Assembly: GCA_964016885.1 (NCBI GenBank)
Contig: OZ024741.1
Coordinates: 279,310,001-279,374,000 of the forward strand
Direction of reading: 5' to 3'
Length of the DNA: 64,000 bases
DNA from: Eledone cirrhosa
Taxonomy: Eukaryota
Shown here: in pieces, positions 24,347-38,127 of the stretch
How the letters are laid out: each line of letters starts with the position of its first letter
How positions within the stretch are numbered: the first letter of the stretch is position 1
Notes under the pieces: generated by a model
Database searches by the model: none
The model's input: the letters and a program-made list of their open reading frames with translations, nothing else
What the model was told of the DNA's origin: nothing
Program-made: the position numbers and the translations under genes

Positions 24347-25875
24347 CTGTAAAACAAAATGAATACATAACTCAGAGACAGAAGAAATAATGAACATTTT
24401 AGTTAAATTTAGACAGCTATATATCAGGGAATTGTTTTCCCTTTATTGATGTGAAGACAAGCATGCAGAAACATAACAGAGGCAGAAGAAATAATCAAAG
24501 TTTTACTTTTATATGCATGCATGCATGGTCCTGTAACTCCTGGGGGAGTCATAGGGGTGCCATATTGACATATGGTGTTTCTAAAGCAAATTTTAAACTT
24601 GGTGGAACCCATCTACTCTCCAAGTTTGAATATAGCAGATTTCTTTCAGAGAAAGATAGAGAATGTGGGAATGGAAGTAAGGACGATATATAAAGAAAGA
24701 ATCAACCCCAGTACTTGACTGGTACTTTTTTTTATCAATTCTAAATGGATGAAAAGCAATGTTGACCCCAGTGGGATTTGTACTCAGAGAGCAGAGTCAA
24801 AATGAATACCATAAAGTATTTTATCCGATGTTTTAACAAATCTGCCAATTCACCACCTAATTTTATATAGACAGCTATATATCAAGAAATTATATAGACA
24901 GCTATATATCAAGAGAGAGAATGAGACACATGTAAGGGCAAATATATCTATTATAGGAAAACAGAGAACACATATATAGAACTAATCAGAGAAATAGATA
25001 TCTGTACAATCATTAATGAAGATAAGCAGATAAATTAATAGAGCCATGGAGATACAAGACTGCCATTCTTAGTAAGCACTATAGGCCGTATTTTTTTTAA
25101 GAACTCTAACTACAAGATAAAGTAAATTCTTGACACTGAAATGACTTCTGTCTAGCACTACCTAGGTGTCAATGGAACTATCCAGGTTATTGACTGAGCT
25201 TTTGGGCCAACACCCGACATTTGTATAAGAAATGAATATACAATAAAGTACAGCTTGCTTATATAGGTTAGTGATTTATATATACTGTAAAGTGGCCATG
25301 TTGGTGTCATGACAAAAAGTGTCCCAGTCCACACTTTAACTCAGTCATTTGAAAAGAAACAATTTAAATCTACAAAATGTCAGCCAAAGATTTTACCTGA
25401 GATACTATTACAAACAGCACTGATCTTAGAACTAATAATACCACCAAAATAACAGAACTTATTGACTACAACCAGTGAATCTAACTAGGCAGTCATAAGC
25501 TGGTCTCAAATATTAAGTCTATCAATATCTTGGGTTCCCAATCAGTTTAGCAACTAAACATTATTGGAATCCAATATGATGAAAGAAAAAAGCAATTTTA
25601 AATTACTAGCTGAGTAGTTTTAGAAGTTCACATGTAGTTCTGAGTTCAGTCCCACTGCATGACACCTTAGGCAAGTGTCTTCTGCTATAGCCTTTGGTAA
25701 ATGGGAACTCTGTGAAAGCCCATCATTTATGTGTATTTGTGTATATTTTCACTTCAAAAACATTGCTAAGTTGGTGAACCTCTTACCATACTGAAACGCA
25801 TGAGTTGGCATCAGCAAGAGCATCTGGCTGTAGAAATTTGCCATGGATAAAACAATAAGATTTTATTGAACAAAC

Positions 25876-26020
25876 CTGGAATGGATAGTGTTTCTGTATT
25901 TCAGTAAGTTCTTCTTGCGTAAAGTGCCTCCCTATAAAGCGTTTGCTATCATAGATGGTATTGTTGGGGTTATACTCAGCTTGGGCTACAGCATCATAGC
26001 CAACATATACACCACTTTCA
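25876..26020 (-). CDS. HSPA13: HSPA13 coding exon 4
   Basis: tttcag|T GAA AGT; VYVGYDAVAQAEYNPNNTIYDSKRFIG...YPFQ|gtttgt; 145 nt. Confidence 0.95.
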
Positions 26021-26524
26021 CTGAAACAAAAAGACACAGATACCAAACTGACAAAGCAAAGGGGCTCTTCTGTCAAGTCAATGACTGACAATCTCCATTA
26101 TGCTGGTACCATCATAAAACACACCCAGTACACTCTGTAAAGTGGATGGTGTTAGGAAGGGATTCCAACTGTAGAAACTATGCCAAAAGGTTGAGAGGGC
26201 CCTTCAGTCTTAACACAGCAACCTCTTTAATAGTGATTCCATAAAAAATGCAACTAATACACCCTGTAAAGTGGTTAATGATAGGAAGGGCATCCAGCTA
26301 TAGAAATCAAGCCCAGAAGGGAGTGAGAGGACTCTTCAGCTGTGTTAGTAGATAATAATATTATTACATAAGGTAAAGTACCCTTAATTCTTGATGGAAC
26401 CATATCAGCACTGTCGCAATACTCAGCATGTTTTGGGCATTTTATACTTGGCAGAGCCTATTCCTCTGCAGGTTGGAACACAGACGATTTCTACTAGAGA
26501 AAGAAGGAATCAACTCCAGTACTG

Positions 26525-26800
26525 TAACACCAACCATGTTACAGTGTGGGCTGGATGCTTTTTATCGTAGTACCAAAACAACCATCTTACAGGGTGGACA
26601 GGGTGCTGTTTGCCATGTCACTAGCATGACCACCTTACATAGTGGACTGGGCACTTTTGTCATGTCACCAGCATGACCACCTTACAGAGTGGACTAGGCA
26701 CGTTTGTTGTGTCACCAGCATGACCACCTTACAGGGTAGATTGAGGACTTTTGTTGTTGTGGTACCAGATCAGCATGCAGGGTGGGCTTTGGGCTTTTTG
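26525..26800 (-). repeat. Tandem array (about 45 bp) of the RTE/SINE 3'-UTR motif AAAAGCACCCAGTCCACACTGTAA
   Basis: Repeated CATGACCACCTTACAGGGTGGACTGGG units. Confidence 0.75.
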
Positions 26801-27081
26801 TTGTGGCAACAGTATTGTGGGAGATCATATGTTGAACATGTCCATTGAGATAAATAAATTGACTCCAGTCATTCTCAAGTGATTTTGCAGTATTTGCCAA
26901 ATGTTAAAGATAGAATTAAATATAATTAAATTTAATCTAATAAAGTAATTACTAAAAATTAAATGTCATTAGGAAGGGCATCCAGCCATAGAAACCAAGC
27001 CAAAAATGGAGCATATGGGCAAGATGTGATCACCTGACATGTCCTGTCTAGTCACAGACAATCATGGAAAATAGATGTCGG

Positions 27082-27434
27082 ATGGTGATGATGATGAGGA
27101 GGAGGAGAAGGAGGAGGATGGTGGTGATGATGAGGACAATGATAATGAAGCTGATAATAAAGAGGATGATGATAGTGATAAGGATGGTGCTGACGGTGAT
27201 GATAATGAGTTATGACGAGAATGATTATAACAATGATAATAATGATGAGGGTGATGATGATAGTGATAAGGATGATGATGATGATGGTGATGATGATGAG
27301 GATGATGGCAAGGATGAGGATTGTGATGATGATGATGATGAGGAGGAGGAGGAGGATGGTGATGATGATGAGGATGGTGATGATAGTGATAGTGATGATG
27401 ATGATGGTGATGATGATGATGATGATAGTGATGA
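27082..27434. repeat. Degenerate (GAT)n/(GAG)n trinucleotide tract in HSPA13 intron 3
   Basis: Directly visible; yields spurious poly-D/H/I/M ORFs. Confidence 0.95.
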
Positions 27435-27456
27435 AACAAAGAAAGAAAAGTCTTAC

Positions 27457-27562
27457 TTGAATGCTACAACACTTGGAATACATTGTTGTCCATCTTGGAC
27501 AGCAAGAATATCGACTCTTCCTGACACTGCGTGATACATTCCAATACAGGAATAGGTGGTAC
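27457..27562 (-). CDS. HSPA13: HSPA13 coding exon 3
   Basis: ttcaaaag|GT ACC ACC TAT TCC TGT; GTTYSCIG...CIPSVVAF|gtaaga; 106 nt; completes GIDLGTT. Confidence 0.95.
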
Positions 27563-27570
27563 CTTTTGAA

Positions 27571-27605
<35 letters not shown>

Positions 27606-27694
27606 TTTATAATTGTAATTATTAAGAACAGTAAGAACTAGAATTATTATATCAGATCACTTCATTATTATTATTATTATATATATGTGTATAA

Positions 27695-27880
27695 GGGTGG
27701 TGAATTGGCAGTATTGGTAGAGGGTCAGACATGCTTTCCAGCGTAGTTACGTCCCTTTACGATCTGAGTTCAAATCCCGTCGAGGTTAACTTTACCTTTC
27801 ATCCTTACGGGGTCGATAAAATATATTACCAGTAATGCACTGGGTAATTGCTGGCCTTGTGCCAAAAGTAGAAACAATTA
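27695..27880 (+). mobile_element. tRNA-derived SINE (family B)
   Basis: Same about 190-bp unit; many more diverged copies at 19.8-20.3k, 22.8-23.5k, 24.7k, 27.9k, 29.2-29.8k, 35.7k and 49.1-50.0k. Confidence 0.85.
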
Positions 27881-30042
27881 TATATATGTGTATCTATTTT
27901 AAGTTGGCAAATCAGCAGTCATTAGAATGTCAGATACAATGCTCCACAGTATAAGTTTTAGCTTTCTGTGCTCTCAGTTCAAATCCCATCAAGGTCAACT
28001 TCAACTTTACTTTTTATCCTCTCAAGGTTGCTAAGTAACATACCAGTTGATTACTGGGGTCTATTCTTCCTTTATCTCTCTCTCTCTTTCTCTGTGGAAG
28101 AAATAAGCTAAGTTCTTCTAACCTGGAGAGGGAAGGGCTCCACCAGGTTTAAATGCTCAAGACATCCCATATGTAACGATGGTGCTCCAACGAATCCATG
28201 AAGGGATTAAGGGCCCCCCCAAAAAAAGAGGAACTCTGTGTGTGTGTGTGTGTTGAACCACCATAGTTCCAAATGATCTGATCAATGAAACAAATAGTTT
28301 GCTCGTGTAATTATCATGATGCAAGTGGCTGAGCATTCCACAGGCACATGTACTATCTTCTACATAGTTATCAGGGAGATTTAGCATGATGCGGTGTGTG
28401 ACAAGGCTGACCTTTTGAATTACAGGTACAACTCATTTTTGCTAGCTGAGTGAACTGTTGGAGCAACCTAAAATAAATTAACTATCTCAAGAACACAACA
28501 CCTAGCCAGGGATTGAACTCACAACCTTACTACTAAGCCTTCACTCATTGTACATGAGTACATGTGGAAAGTCTGTCTTGAGCTTGGAGGCTCATCAGAC
28601 TGGTGCTTATCTCGGTTTCCATGGCATGAAGCCACTGAGAGTACAAGAGTCACCCCTGGACAGGACACCAGTCCATCACAAGGTTAAACCCCTACCTATT
28701 GCTGGCACTCACTTTCAGCTGAGTATACTGGAACCATGTGGAATAAAGTGTTTTATTCAAGAACACAACACACAACCCAGTTCAGGAATAGAACTCATGA
28801 CATTATGAGTCCAACCCCCTTACCACTTAGGTCTCCATTGTGGAAAGTAACATATTTTTTTTAAATCATTGAAGGTAATTTATTTAGAGACTCCACTAAC
28901 ATTGTCCAAGAAAAAGACAAAGGCAGATACAGAGTACTACTAGGGTCATCACAACTCATTTTCTTCCAGCCAAGTGGACTGGAAAAATGTGAAATAAAGT
29001 GTCTTGATCAAGAATATAACACTTAACACAGTCTTGGAATTGAACTTATGAACTTACAATTATAAGCACAACACCCTAACTACTGCGCCACATATCTTCA
29101 ATCTACTACAGTATGTTAAAAGTTAATACAATTATGCAAAGAGGAAAAAAAACAATATTATCTCTATGATTAGGTAATGTAAAGATTGGACATTTTAAAC
29201 ATGGTAGAGCCCAGCCGATTTCTGAGAGGGGGGGGGGGGTCGACCCCTGTAGTGGACTGGTACTTTATTTATAATGTTTAAAAGAATAAAAGGCAAAGCT
29301 AATTTCAGCAAAATTTGAACTGAAAATGCAGTAAGCCAGATCAAATAGTGAGGTATTTCTTAATCAATGCCTTAACAACTGGGCCGATTCGTCACCTTAG
29401 CTCTACAGTTAATATAATTTTAGTTTGGAAAGTATGGGAGACAACTCTGAAAATGATTACAGACAAAATCTCAAACGTATGGGATGAAGTACAGTTGATT
29501 ACACCTATCCCAGTTCTTGATCAGTACTTTATTGTATCAAAGGTGAAAGGCAAAGTTGCCTTTTGGTGGAATTTGAACTCAGAATATGAAGGGTTGTAAC
29601 TAAATACCACAAGGTATTTTGTCTAATGTTCTGAGCTAATGCTGTCTTTTACTCATCACTACATAATTGTTTTCAATTGGTTTGCATTAAATATCTGTTT
29701 CTACTTTTGGCACAAGGCCAGCAATTTGAATGGAAGAGGAAAGTCAACTAAATCTACCCCAGTGAGATACTGGTACTTTATTTTATCGACTCTGTAAGGA
29801 TGAAAGACAAAATTGCAATATATTTGTTGAAATATCTCCTTAAATGTTGTTTAGTGAATCCAGAAATAGTTGAGTGTCAGAGATAACAGCTAATTGTGTA
29901 GAATTTGATAAATAGAGTTAATTGTAAATATTCTCCAAATAAGTATTATTGCCTCAACATTATATTTATACTAGACCACTTGAAAATTTTTTTTAAAATC
30001 ATGTTCACTTAAAAATAATTTTTAAATAATTAAAATATACAC

Positions 30043-31282
30043 ATCATCATCATCATTTAACGTCCATCTTCCACGCTAGCATGGGTCTAGACGGGAATTG
30101 TCCCATTTGAGGCAAGAGTGGTTGTCTTGCTCAGGACTGTCTGGCGGGTTTTCTACGGCTGGATGCCCTTCCTAACACCAACCACGTTTACAGTGTGGAC
30201 TGGGAGGTTTTTACCGTGTTACCTACACGGCCACATTACAGCGTGGACTGTGTGTTTTTTTGTCATGACACCTACACGACCTCATTTATTTAGGACTGGA
30301 TGTTGTGGTACCAACATAGCTTTACATCGAAAGGGGTGGTGTAGATGGCGTGGGGGTAGGGGTAGTGGGACGGGGATGTATTTTGGTTAAGAGGTGCCTA
30401 CTGACTATTAGGTTTTGCTTTGAACTTAGGCAAGGCGGGTCTTCTGTATTACTGCGTAGCGCCAAAGATCTTGGTCCAGTGACATTGTCTTGGAGAGGTG
30501 TAAGTGTGTGAGGTCGGAATTTATCAAGTCGTCCCAGGTTTTTCTGGGTCTGCCTACTCCGTAGCTACCGTCTATTTTGATCGCCCTGCACTTTTTTATA
30601 CAGCTGTCGTCTTTCATGCGCATCACGTGACCATACCAACGAAGTCTTCTCTCAAGTAAACAGCATCTGATCCCTCTTATTCCTAATTTCTCACTTAGTT
30701 CATTTATGCTTTGCCGTTCACGTATATTACTATTACACATCCAACGGAGCATGCAAGCTTTGTTCCTCTCCAGTTTGTGTAGATCCTCTGCACACAAGGC
30801 CCATGTCTCACTGCCATGTAACATCGCTGTTCGTATGCAGGCATCATACAGCCTGCCTTTTATTTTTAGAGAGAAACCTTTAGCGGCCTATAGTGGTATA
30901 AGCTCTCTGAACTTTTTCCATCCCGTTCTGACTCTAGCTACAGTCCTTTCGGAGCACCCTCCACCCCTGTTGATTTTGTCACCCAGGTGACGGAAGGTGT
31001 CCACTATTTCTATAGAACCATCTGTGCAATGGAATGAGCTAGTATTCTGTGGGCATTTGCTGCTACTTATTGCACCTGAGCACCAGCCACATATAAAATC
31101 TATATTCTTAGTTAGCTTACCTGTGATCCCACCACATCTTTTATGTACCCATACTTTGCATTTGGGACATAAAATGGAGTTTCTGCCTACTCCTTTCCTA
31201 CACACTGAGCATTGCCATTTCCCAGATGGGACCAGTGCCCTATTCTCCTTCCTACATTTTAGAACTTTAGTCTTAGACAAGT
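30043..31282 (-). mobile_element. RTE-clade LINE 3' portion (second subfamily) with PHD finger
   Basis: ORFs 30888-31280 (CSVC..CPKC..H..C..CGWC) and 30426-30824 (HGSETW, RLRWYGHV, GRPRKTW), 3' UTR, (GAT)n tail. Confidence 0.93.
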
Positions 31283-32683
31283 TATAATGTAAAATGAAAT
31301 TGGGAGGACCATATATATATGTGTGTGTGTGTATATATACATATTAAACCCATGCTAGCGTGGAAGATAGACGTTAAACGATGATGTGTGTGTGTGTGTG
31401 TGTGTGGTGTGTGGTGCGTGGTGTGTGTGTGTGTTTCATTCAACAACACCACCAGCTCTCTTCCTCTTCCATTTTCCTTTTCTCTCTCTCTATGTCTCTC
31501 TTTCAATCTACTCTCTTACAAACACTATCTCTTTCTCTCTATTTATGAAGGTATCCGGAAAAACCATATATCTTGGGAACCCATATTCCGATTTACGCTA
31601 AACTTATTTTATTCCATTTGTATTCCCATTTCAAAGACAACTTCCTTTCAAAGTATTTTCCTATTATGCACCATTTTGGCTGTATTAAATAACAGACAAA
31701 CACACAATCACAGAGTTTTAATAGTATATAGATATGTGTGTGTGTGTGCACGCACATGTATGTTGTCATCTGTCGATTCTGACAAGTGACCCAGTTGTTT
31801 GACAAACAGAAGAGCCTGCTCGTAAAATTAATGCGCAAGTGACTGAGCATTCCCCAGACATGTACATACTTGATGTAGTTCACACAGAAATCTAGCATGA
31901 AACAGTGTGGAACAAGGCTAGCTGGCCTTTGGAATTACTGGTAGAACTAATTCTTTCCAGTTGAGTTGTCTGAGGCAACATGAAATAAAGAACCCTGTTC
32001 AAGACACAATGCCATGCCAGGATTCAAAATCATGAGCTTACATTCAGGAGTCAAACACCCTAACCCCAAAGCCATGTGCCTTCATATATGTGTATGTCCA
32101 TATAACATTACTTACAGTACTTTCTGTCATCTATATTCCCATGTGATTTTATGGTCATATATTCTTTGATTCATATTCTTTTTAGTCTTGGATTAGCCAA
32201 ACCAAACCAATCCAAAGCCTTCTCTTTCCTGTTGGAAGAACCCTCCCTGGGTAACCTCCACCACTTTTGGTTTTGATCATGTCAAGGGTGCAGGTGTACT
32301 CACCACACTTGGCCAATTGCAGGGTGGTGAGGCTATTTAACCCATAATTGGGGTGGATGGTCATTGACTCTGAGGAGTTCATCCGTCCTTTAACAGCTCT
32401 TGTTTTTTGTGCTACTGAAGTTCCACCTATCCTTCTCACAAGACCAGAGTCTGGTGGTGGAACCAGTTTAGTAGCTGGCCACTCGACAATAAAGCAGGGT
32501 TACATGGTACCAGTAGCAGGCAGAATCCTGACCTGACATAAGCCAAACATTATGTTGAAATACTTCAGATCTCTGTTAAAATTATCAGACTGAAATATCT
32601 TTGGTTGTCACCAAGTGAGGAACACTACTAACCAAGTAATTGTCCACTTTCTGTGGTCATTTGTTAACCCAACACAATTGGTC

Positions 32684-33010
32684 ATCTGTTGACAATCATG
32701 TATTGAGTGACAAGCAACTTGGTCATTTGTTGACAATCATGTATTGAGTGACCAGCACCTTTGACAACTATGCATTTGTGTGACCAGCACCTTTGACAAC
32801 CATGTATTGTATGACCAGCACCTTTGACAACCATGTATTGTATGACCAACACCTTTGACAACCATGTATTGTATGACCATCACCTTTGGCAACCATTTAT
32901 TGAGTGACCAGCACCTTTGACAACCATGCATTTGTGTGACCAGCACCTTTGACAACCATGTATTGAGTGACCAGCACAATTGGTCATCTGTTAACAATCA
33001 TGTATTGAGT
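32684..33010. repeat. 31-bp minisatellite, about 10 copies
   Basis: GTATTGAGTGACCAGCACCTTTGACAACCAT units. Confidence 0.92.
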
Positions 33011-33254
33011 GAGAAAACCAGCATAGCCTTCACCATCATCATTTAGCATCAATTCTTCTACACTTGCATAGATTGGTGTTATTTAAATTTCTTTAATAAA
33101 TACCTAAATTCAATAGACATAATTATGTATATTCTTTAAAAATATATACATATTCTTGCATCTTTTTAAAACTTTCTAGCTGATAAACCATACTTGGTCA
33201 GTTTATAAACGTTTATATTTCCTCCTAGTGAAATTGAAAATTTATAATAAAACA

Positions 33255-34530
33255 TGAAATGATAAACATGATTGGCCCTACAATAGACAGGTAGATACCA
33301 GATTAAATGATAAACATTATTGGCCCTACAATAGACAGGTAGATACCAGATTAAATGATAAACATTATTGGCCCTACAATAGACAGGTAGATACCAGATT
33401 AAATGATAAACATTATTGGCCCTACAATAGACAGGTAGATACCAGATTAAATGATAAACATTATTGGCCCTACAATAGACAGGTAGATACCAGATTAAAT
33501 GATAAACATTATTGGCCCTACAATAGACAGGTAGATACCAGATTAAATGATAAACATTATTGGCCCTACAATAGACAGGTAGATACCAGATTAAATGATA
33601 AACATTATTGGCCCTACAATAGACAGGTAGATACCAGATTAAATGATAAACATTATTGGCCCAACCACAGAGGTGGATACCAGATTAAATGATAAACATT
33701 ATTGGCCCTACAATAGACAGGTAGATACCAGATTAAATGATAAACATTATTGGCCCTACAATAGACAGGTAGATACCAGATTAAATGATAAACATTATTG
33801 GCCCTACAATAGACAGGTAGATACCAGATTAAATGATAAACATTGGCCCAACCACAGAGGTGGATACCAGATTAAATATAAACATTGGCCCAACCACAGA
33901 CAGGTGGATACCAGATTAAATGATAAACATTATTGGCCCAACCACAGACAGGTGGATACCAGATTAAATGATAAACATTGGCCCAACCACAGACAGGTGG
34001 ATACCAGATTAAATGATAAACATTATTGGCCCAACCACAGACAGGTGGATACCAGATTAAATGATAAACATTGGCCCAACCACAGACAGGTGGATACCAG
34101 ATTAAATGATAAACATTGGCCCAACCACAGACAGGTAGATACCAGAAGTATCAGAAGAAGTATCATTTTACGTCCACTTTTCCCTGCTTGCAAGGGTGGG
34201 ACAGGAACTGATTCTGGCTTGATTTCTACAGCTGGAAGCCCTTCCTAACACCAACCTCTGGGACAGGAACTGATTCTGGCTTGATTTCTACAGCTGGAAG
34301 CCCTTCCTAACACCAACCTCATTTACAGAGAGTGCTGGGTGCTTTTTGCCGTGGCACCTACACGACCACTACAGCTGAGTAAACTGAAGCAATGTGAAAT
34401 AAAGTGTCTTGCTCAAGGAAACAACACATCACCCGGTCTGAGAATTGAACTCACAACCTTTCGATGTGCCTCCACCAGATTAAATGATAAACATTATTGG
34501 CCCAATCATAAGCAGGTGGATACCAGATAA
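33255..34530. repeat. 48/45-bp minisatellite, about 19 copies, interrupted by a SINE
   Basis: AAACATTATTGGCCCTACAATAGACAGGTAGATACCAGATTAAATGAT units to 34146; one more unit at 34473-34530. Confidence 0.97.
34163..34472 (-). mobile_element. SINE family A copy with an internal about 62-bp tandem duplication
   Basis: Reverse complement of 2821-3147; GGGACAGGAACTGATTCTGG...ACCAACCTC is duplicated. Confidence 0.8.
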
Positions 34531-34759
34531 AACATTAAATGTAAATATTAAAATCATTTCCCCAATTAGGATTTATGAAAGCTGAAATATAAAATACATG
34601 TATTTGTTTTCAAACTAATTACTATGTTCGATTGATTTTAAATTAATTCCATCAGCTGTCACTAAACTATTTTTTTTTTTTTGTTTTTTTACTGGTGGTT
34701 TCTACCAACAATTCATGAAATATCTCTTTTTCACATAAATTTGCAAGCTTAAACCAATA

Positions 34760-34943
34760 ATTGTTTCTACTTTAGGCACAAGGCCAGCAAATTACTCAGT
34801 ATATTACTGGTACTTTATTTTATCGACCCCATAAGGATGAAAGGCAAAGTCAACCTCAGCGGGATTTGAACTCAGAATGGCAAGGGCCATAACTCTATGC
34901 GTCAAAGCATAGTGTCCGACCCACTACGGATACTGCCAATCCA
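34760..34943 (-). mobile_element. tRNA-derived SINE (family B)
   Basis: Same unit as 12741-12927. Confidence 0.85.
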
Positions 34944-34999
34944 ACCAATAATAAACGAGAAAAGTAGACAAAATTTAGAAAAATAATAATTTCTTTTAC

Positions 35000-35089
35000 C
35001 TAAGTCTATTCCAAGGATCTTTGGAACAGGAGGTGGCAGCAGATACTGAGCCAAATAACCAGCCAACAACAACGCCAAGATTGAGGAAC
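35000..35089 (-). CDS. HSPA13: HSPA13 coding exon 2
   Basis: atttttag|GT TCC; GSSILALLLAGYLAQYLLPPPVPKILGIDLG|gtaaaa, the HSPA13-typical hydrophobic leader; 90 nt. Confidence 0.96.
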
Positions 35090-37920
35090 CTAAAAATAAT
35101 AATTTAAAAAAATGTATCCTGTATTGACATGGATAAGACAACTTAGGTAAACATGGGGAAGAGGAGAGAGATATGTTAACTGATGAGGTGGGTGGTTATT
35201 CACATCATCAGAGACAGCTCCATCACATCCTGATTAGGAGAAACAAGAAACAGCCTCAACAACAGATTATTGTGTTCTGTTACTAGAGCTTTTGATATTG
35301 TTAATAAAATAGAAAGGGATAATTCCTCAGACCACTGGAGTGACTTAATGCAGCTTGCTCAAAAACATAATGTGATGTCTGATGTGGGGAGAAATCAAAT
35401 TCACGACCTTATAATTGTGAACAAATAACCTAACCCCTCTGTAGTGGTGATAATAAATAGAAATAGTTGAAATAGAACCGTAATATGAGCACTTCTATCA
35501 TAATAGGACTTGGACTCAATACTGCAAGCTAACAAAGCAGCAATTACACATGGTCATCATTGCTTATAGTAGCTATTTTTAGTATTTAGAAATATATAGG
35601 ACAAGACAGCAAGAGTTAAGTACCTTTGTATGAGCATGTGACCTATTTTGGGACACAAATAAGGATTTGTAATTTAGGCACAAGGCCAACTATTTAAGGG
35701 GGGTCGATTAAATGGACCACAGTGGGTTATTAGTACTTTATTTTATCAACCCTTTAAGGATTAAAGGCAAAGGGCCGTAACTCTATGCTGAGAAGCATGT
35801 CTGACGTTCTACCGATTCTGCCAAACCACCACCCTAGAGGACACAAATAATGAAAAACTAAATTGAAGGTCCAAATTGGTCTGCTACAATAATGTTCTAA
35901 GTATATTAAAAGTCAGAAATGCTGTTACTTTCTAACACTGGTTTGAATGGACCTGTAACTCCTGATGAAATCATAGAGGTATCATAGTACATACAGCATG
36001 TCTTGAGTACTTTAAACCTGGCAGAATCTATCTCTCTCCATCTTATTACAGAGAATGAGAGAGACAGGACTGTACTGGTACTTTTTAGACCCTGGATTCG
36101 ATCCGACTGCACGTTATTTTGGGCAATGTGAATGAAATTTGATAGTCAGAATCTGTTTGGAAATTGACTCTATCTGTAATTCAAAAGCCCAGTCATACAC
36201 TATGTCACACTATATTTCCATGAAAATTACGTTGAAGTTTACGTGGCTGAGGAATGCCCAGCCACGTACACGTTAATTTCATAAGCTGCTCTGTTGATTA
36301 AACAACTGGAACAATCATCGTCGATACCGACGAAAATCCATCCTTCGTCTCAAGAGTTAGCTCCTCTTGTATTTGTTAACCATTTGAAATCAGTGTAATA
36401 TTAACATGTTACATGAGACACACTCCTATATGTCTTCAACAGGTGTCAGCGAGCAGACATATCAAAATATTTCGTCTGCTAAACAACCCCAGATAGTTCG
36501 ATAGGTACATTTTAAGCAGCCGTCAGTCAGAAAACACTTCAATATATTGCTTTATTCCATGGACGGCATCTCGTTCCTGATAATTCTTCTACGCCATTCG
36601 ACTTTTTAAGATATTTAAACAAACAACTTTCCAAAAATATATATTCCAATGTAGTGAACTTAACGTTTGATAGTAATCTTTTTCCTTTTTTTACAGTAAA
36701 TGTTGTAATCCTTATTCGCATGACGTGGTGAACTGGCAGATAGAAAGCTTGGCTGTATTCCTTCCAGCTCTCTGAGCCCGGATCTCAAAACCCGCTGAGG
36801 TCAATGAAAAAAGTACTAGTCCATCCATGGGATTGATTCTTCTTCTCTCTCTCCCTCTCTCGCTCAGGAAAAAAAATCAATTGTGTTCAGACCTAGAGAG
36901 GCAGTTTTCCTCTTAGTAATAAATATTACTAAGTTTAAACTTCTCAAAACACACTGTATATCATGACAGCACCTTTACGACCCCACCGGGAATTACTGGC
37001 CCATACATACAATGTAACAGCTGTAAGAGGAATTACAATAAATGCTGTTGTTTCACATGTTCGACTGGTTTGAACAGCTATATGATGAAAGACATTGAAA
37101 CCGTGGATATATTATTATTGAGAACTACATTATCCTGGATACGTATGTCGCCTTCGCATTTAATTGCTGTTGTTTAGCCCCGAGTCAGACCATTTCGTAA
37201 TAGGTAATAAAAAGAAAACCTATTTTGTTTTTACTGTTTGGGGTGTGTGAAACAAAATATAAAATGAATTAAATAGGCATTTGCGCAGAAAATATCGAAA
37301 TAGATAAATCTGTGTATATATATATATATAAATGAGAATAAAGAATACTGCGTGGTTGCACATGGGTTACATATGATAAAAATATGATATATATATATAT
37401 ATATATTGACTATGGATTCTTGTATTTCTTTGGGACTGGCATTCCCCAAATCCCGAATTATTGTCCAAACGATACTTTAGTATTACTTGGTAATATCAAA
37501 ATTGAAACACATGAGTGGGTGTGTATGTATACGTATATATCAACAGTATTGTATATTAGCAAGGAAATGTTTGCTGCTTATCAATATAACCATATGGGAA
37601 GCCTCTTCAATTATAGTTAATGACTCAAAAGAAAAAAACATTATTTTAACCCCGGCTACTAAAGCTATATAAATGACATATTTGTGGAGGAAATTAAACC
37701 ATTGTAGAAATATCTATTCGTTGTTGTAGTTGTGGTTAACAAAATAGGCAAACGGAATCATAAATTTATTTAATGGATTCTGAACAGAGACCGATAATTC
37801 CGGGAATTATATTCAATACTATATACTGTTTGGGGGAAAAGATTAAATTAAATGAATCACCACAAGAAGTAAAATATATTCTAAAGTACAATTGATAAAG
37901 CTTATAAATATATTACTTAC

Positions 37921-37945
37921 CTAAAACTATAAATCCAACTCCCAT
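37921..37945 (-). CDS. HSPA13: HSPA13 coding exon 1
   Basis: ATG GGA GTT GGA TTT ATA GTT TTA G|gtaagt (MGVGFIVL-G); phase 1 matches exon 2; total CDS 1299 nt. Confidence 0.85.
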
Positions 37946-38127
37946 CTTAATTAGAAGTTACAGGTAGTTGAAGAAAAAATAAAATTTTGGAAACCGGTTG
38001 TTGACAGATTCAACAGAGAAATACACGTGTGAATTACAGCAATCCTAGCGGGGAAACTTACTAAGGGGAAGTCACTCCTGGCTCTTTACTCGGCTGAACA
38101 AGCAATAACACAAAACAAGCTAAGTAA
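37946..38127. promoter_or_regulatory. Putative compact bidirectional promoter and 5' UTRs of HSPA13/PLPBP
   Basis: 182 bp between divergent ATGs, repeat-free; palindromic E-box ACACGTGT 38023-38030; two GGGGAA motifs 38050-38070. Confidence 0.7.

Noticed and set aside
27052-27534. Poly-Asp/His/Ile/Met ORFs
   Set aside because: (GAT)n tract; the real exon here is HSPA13 27457-27562 on the minus strand
32180-32620. Possible LINE endonuclease remnant
   Set aside because: No intact diagnostic motif readable by eye
33255-34146. CRISPR-like array or repeat-protein gene
   Set aside because: No unique spacers; eukaryotic intronic minisatellite; the ORF follows from unit lengths of 48 and 45
35172-35265. 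Further hammerhead candidate (CTGATGA...GAAACAGCCTC)
   Set aside because: Helix III cannot form and helix I is offset; at best a decayed motif
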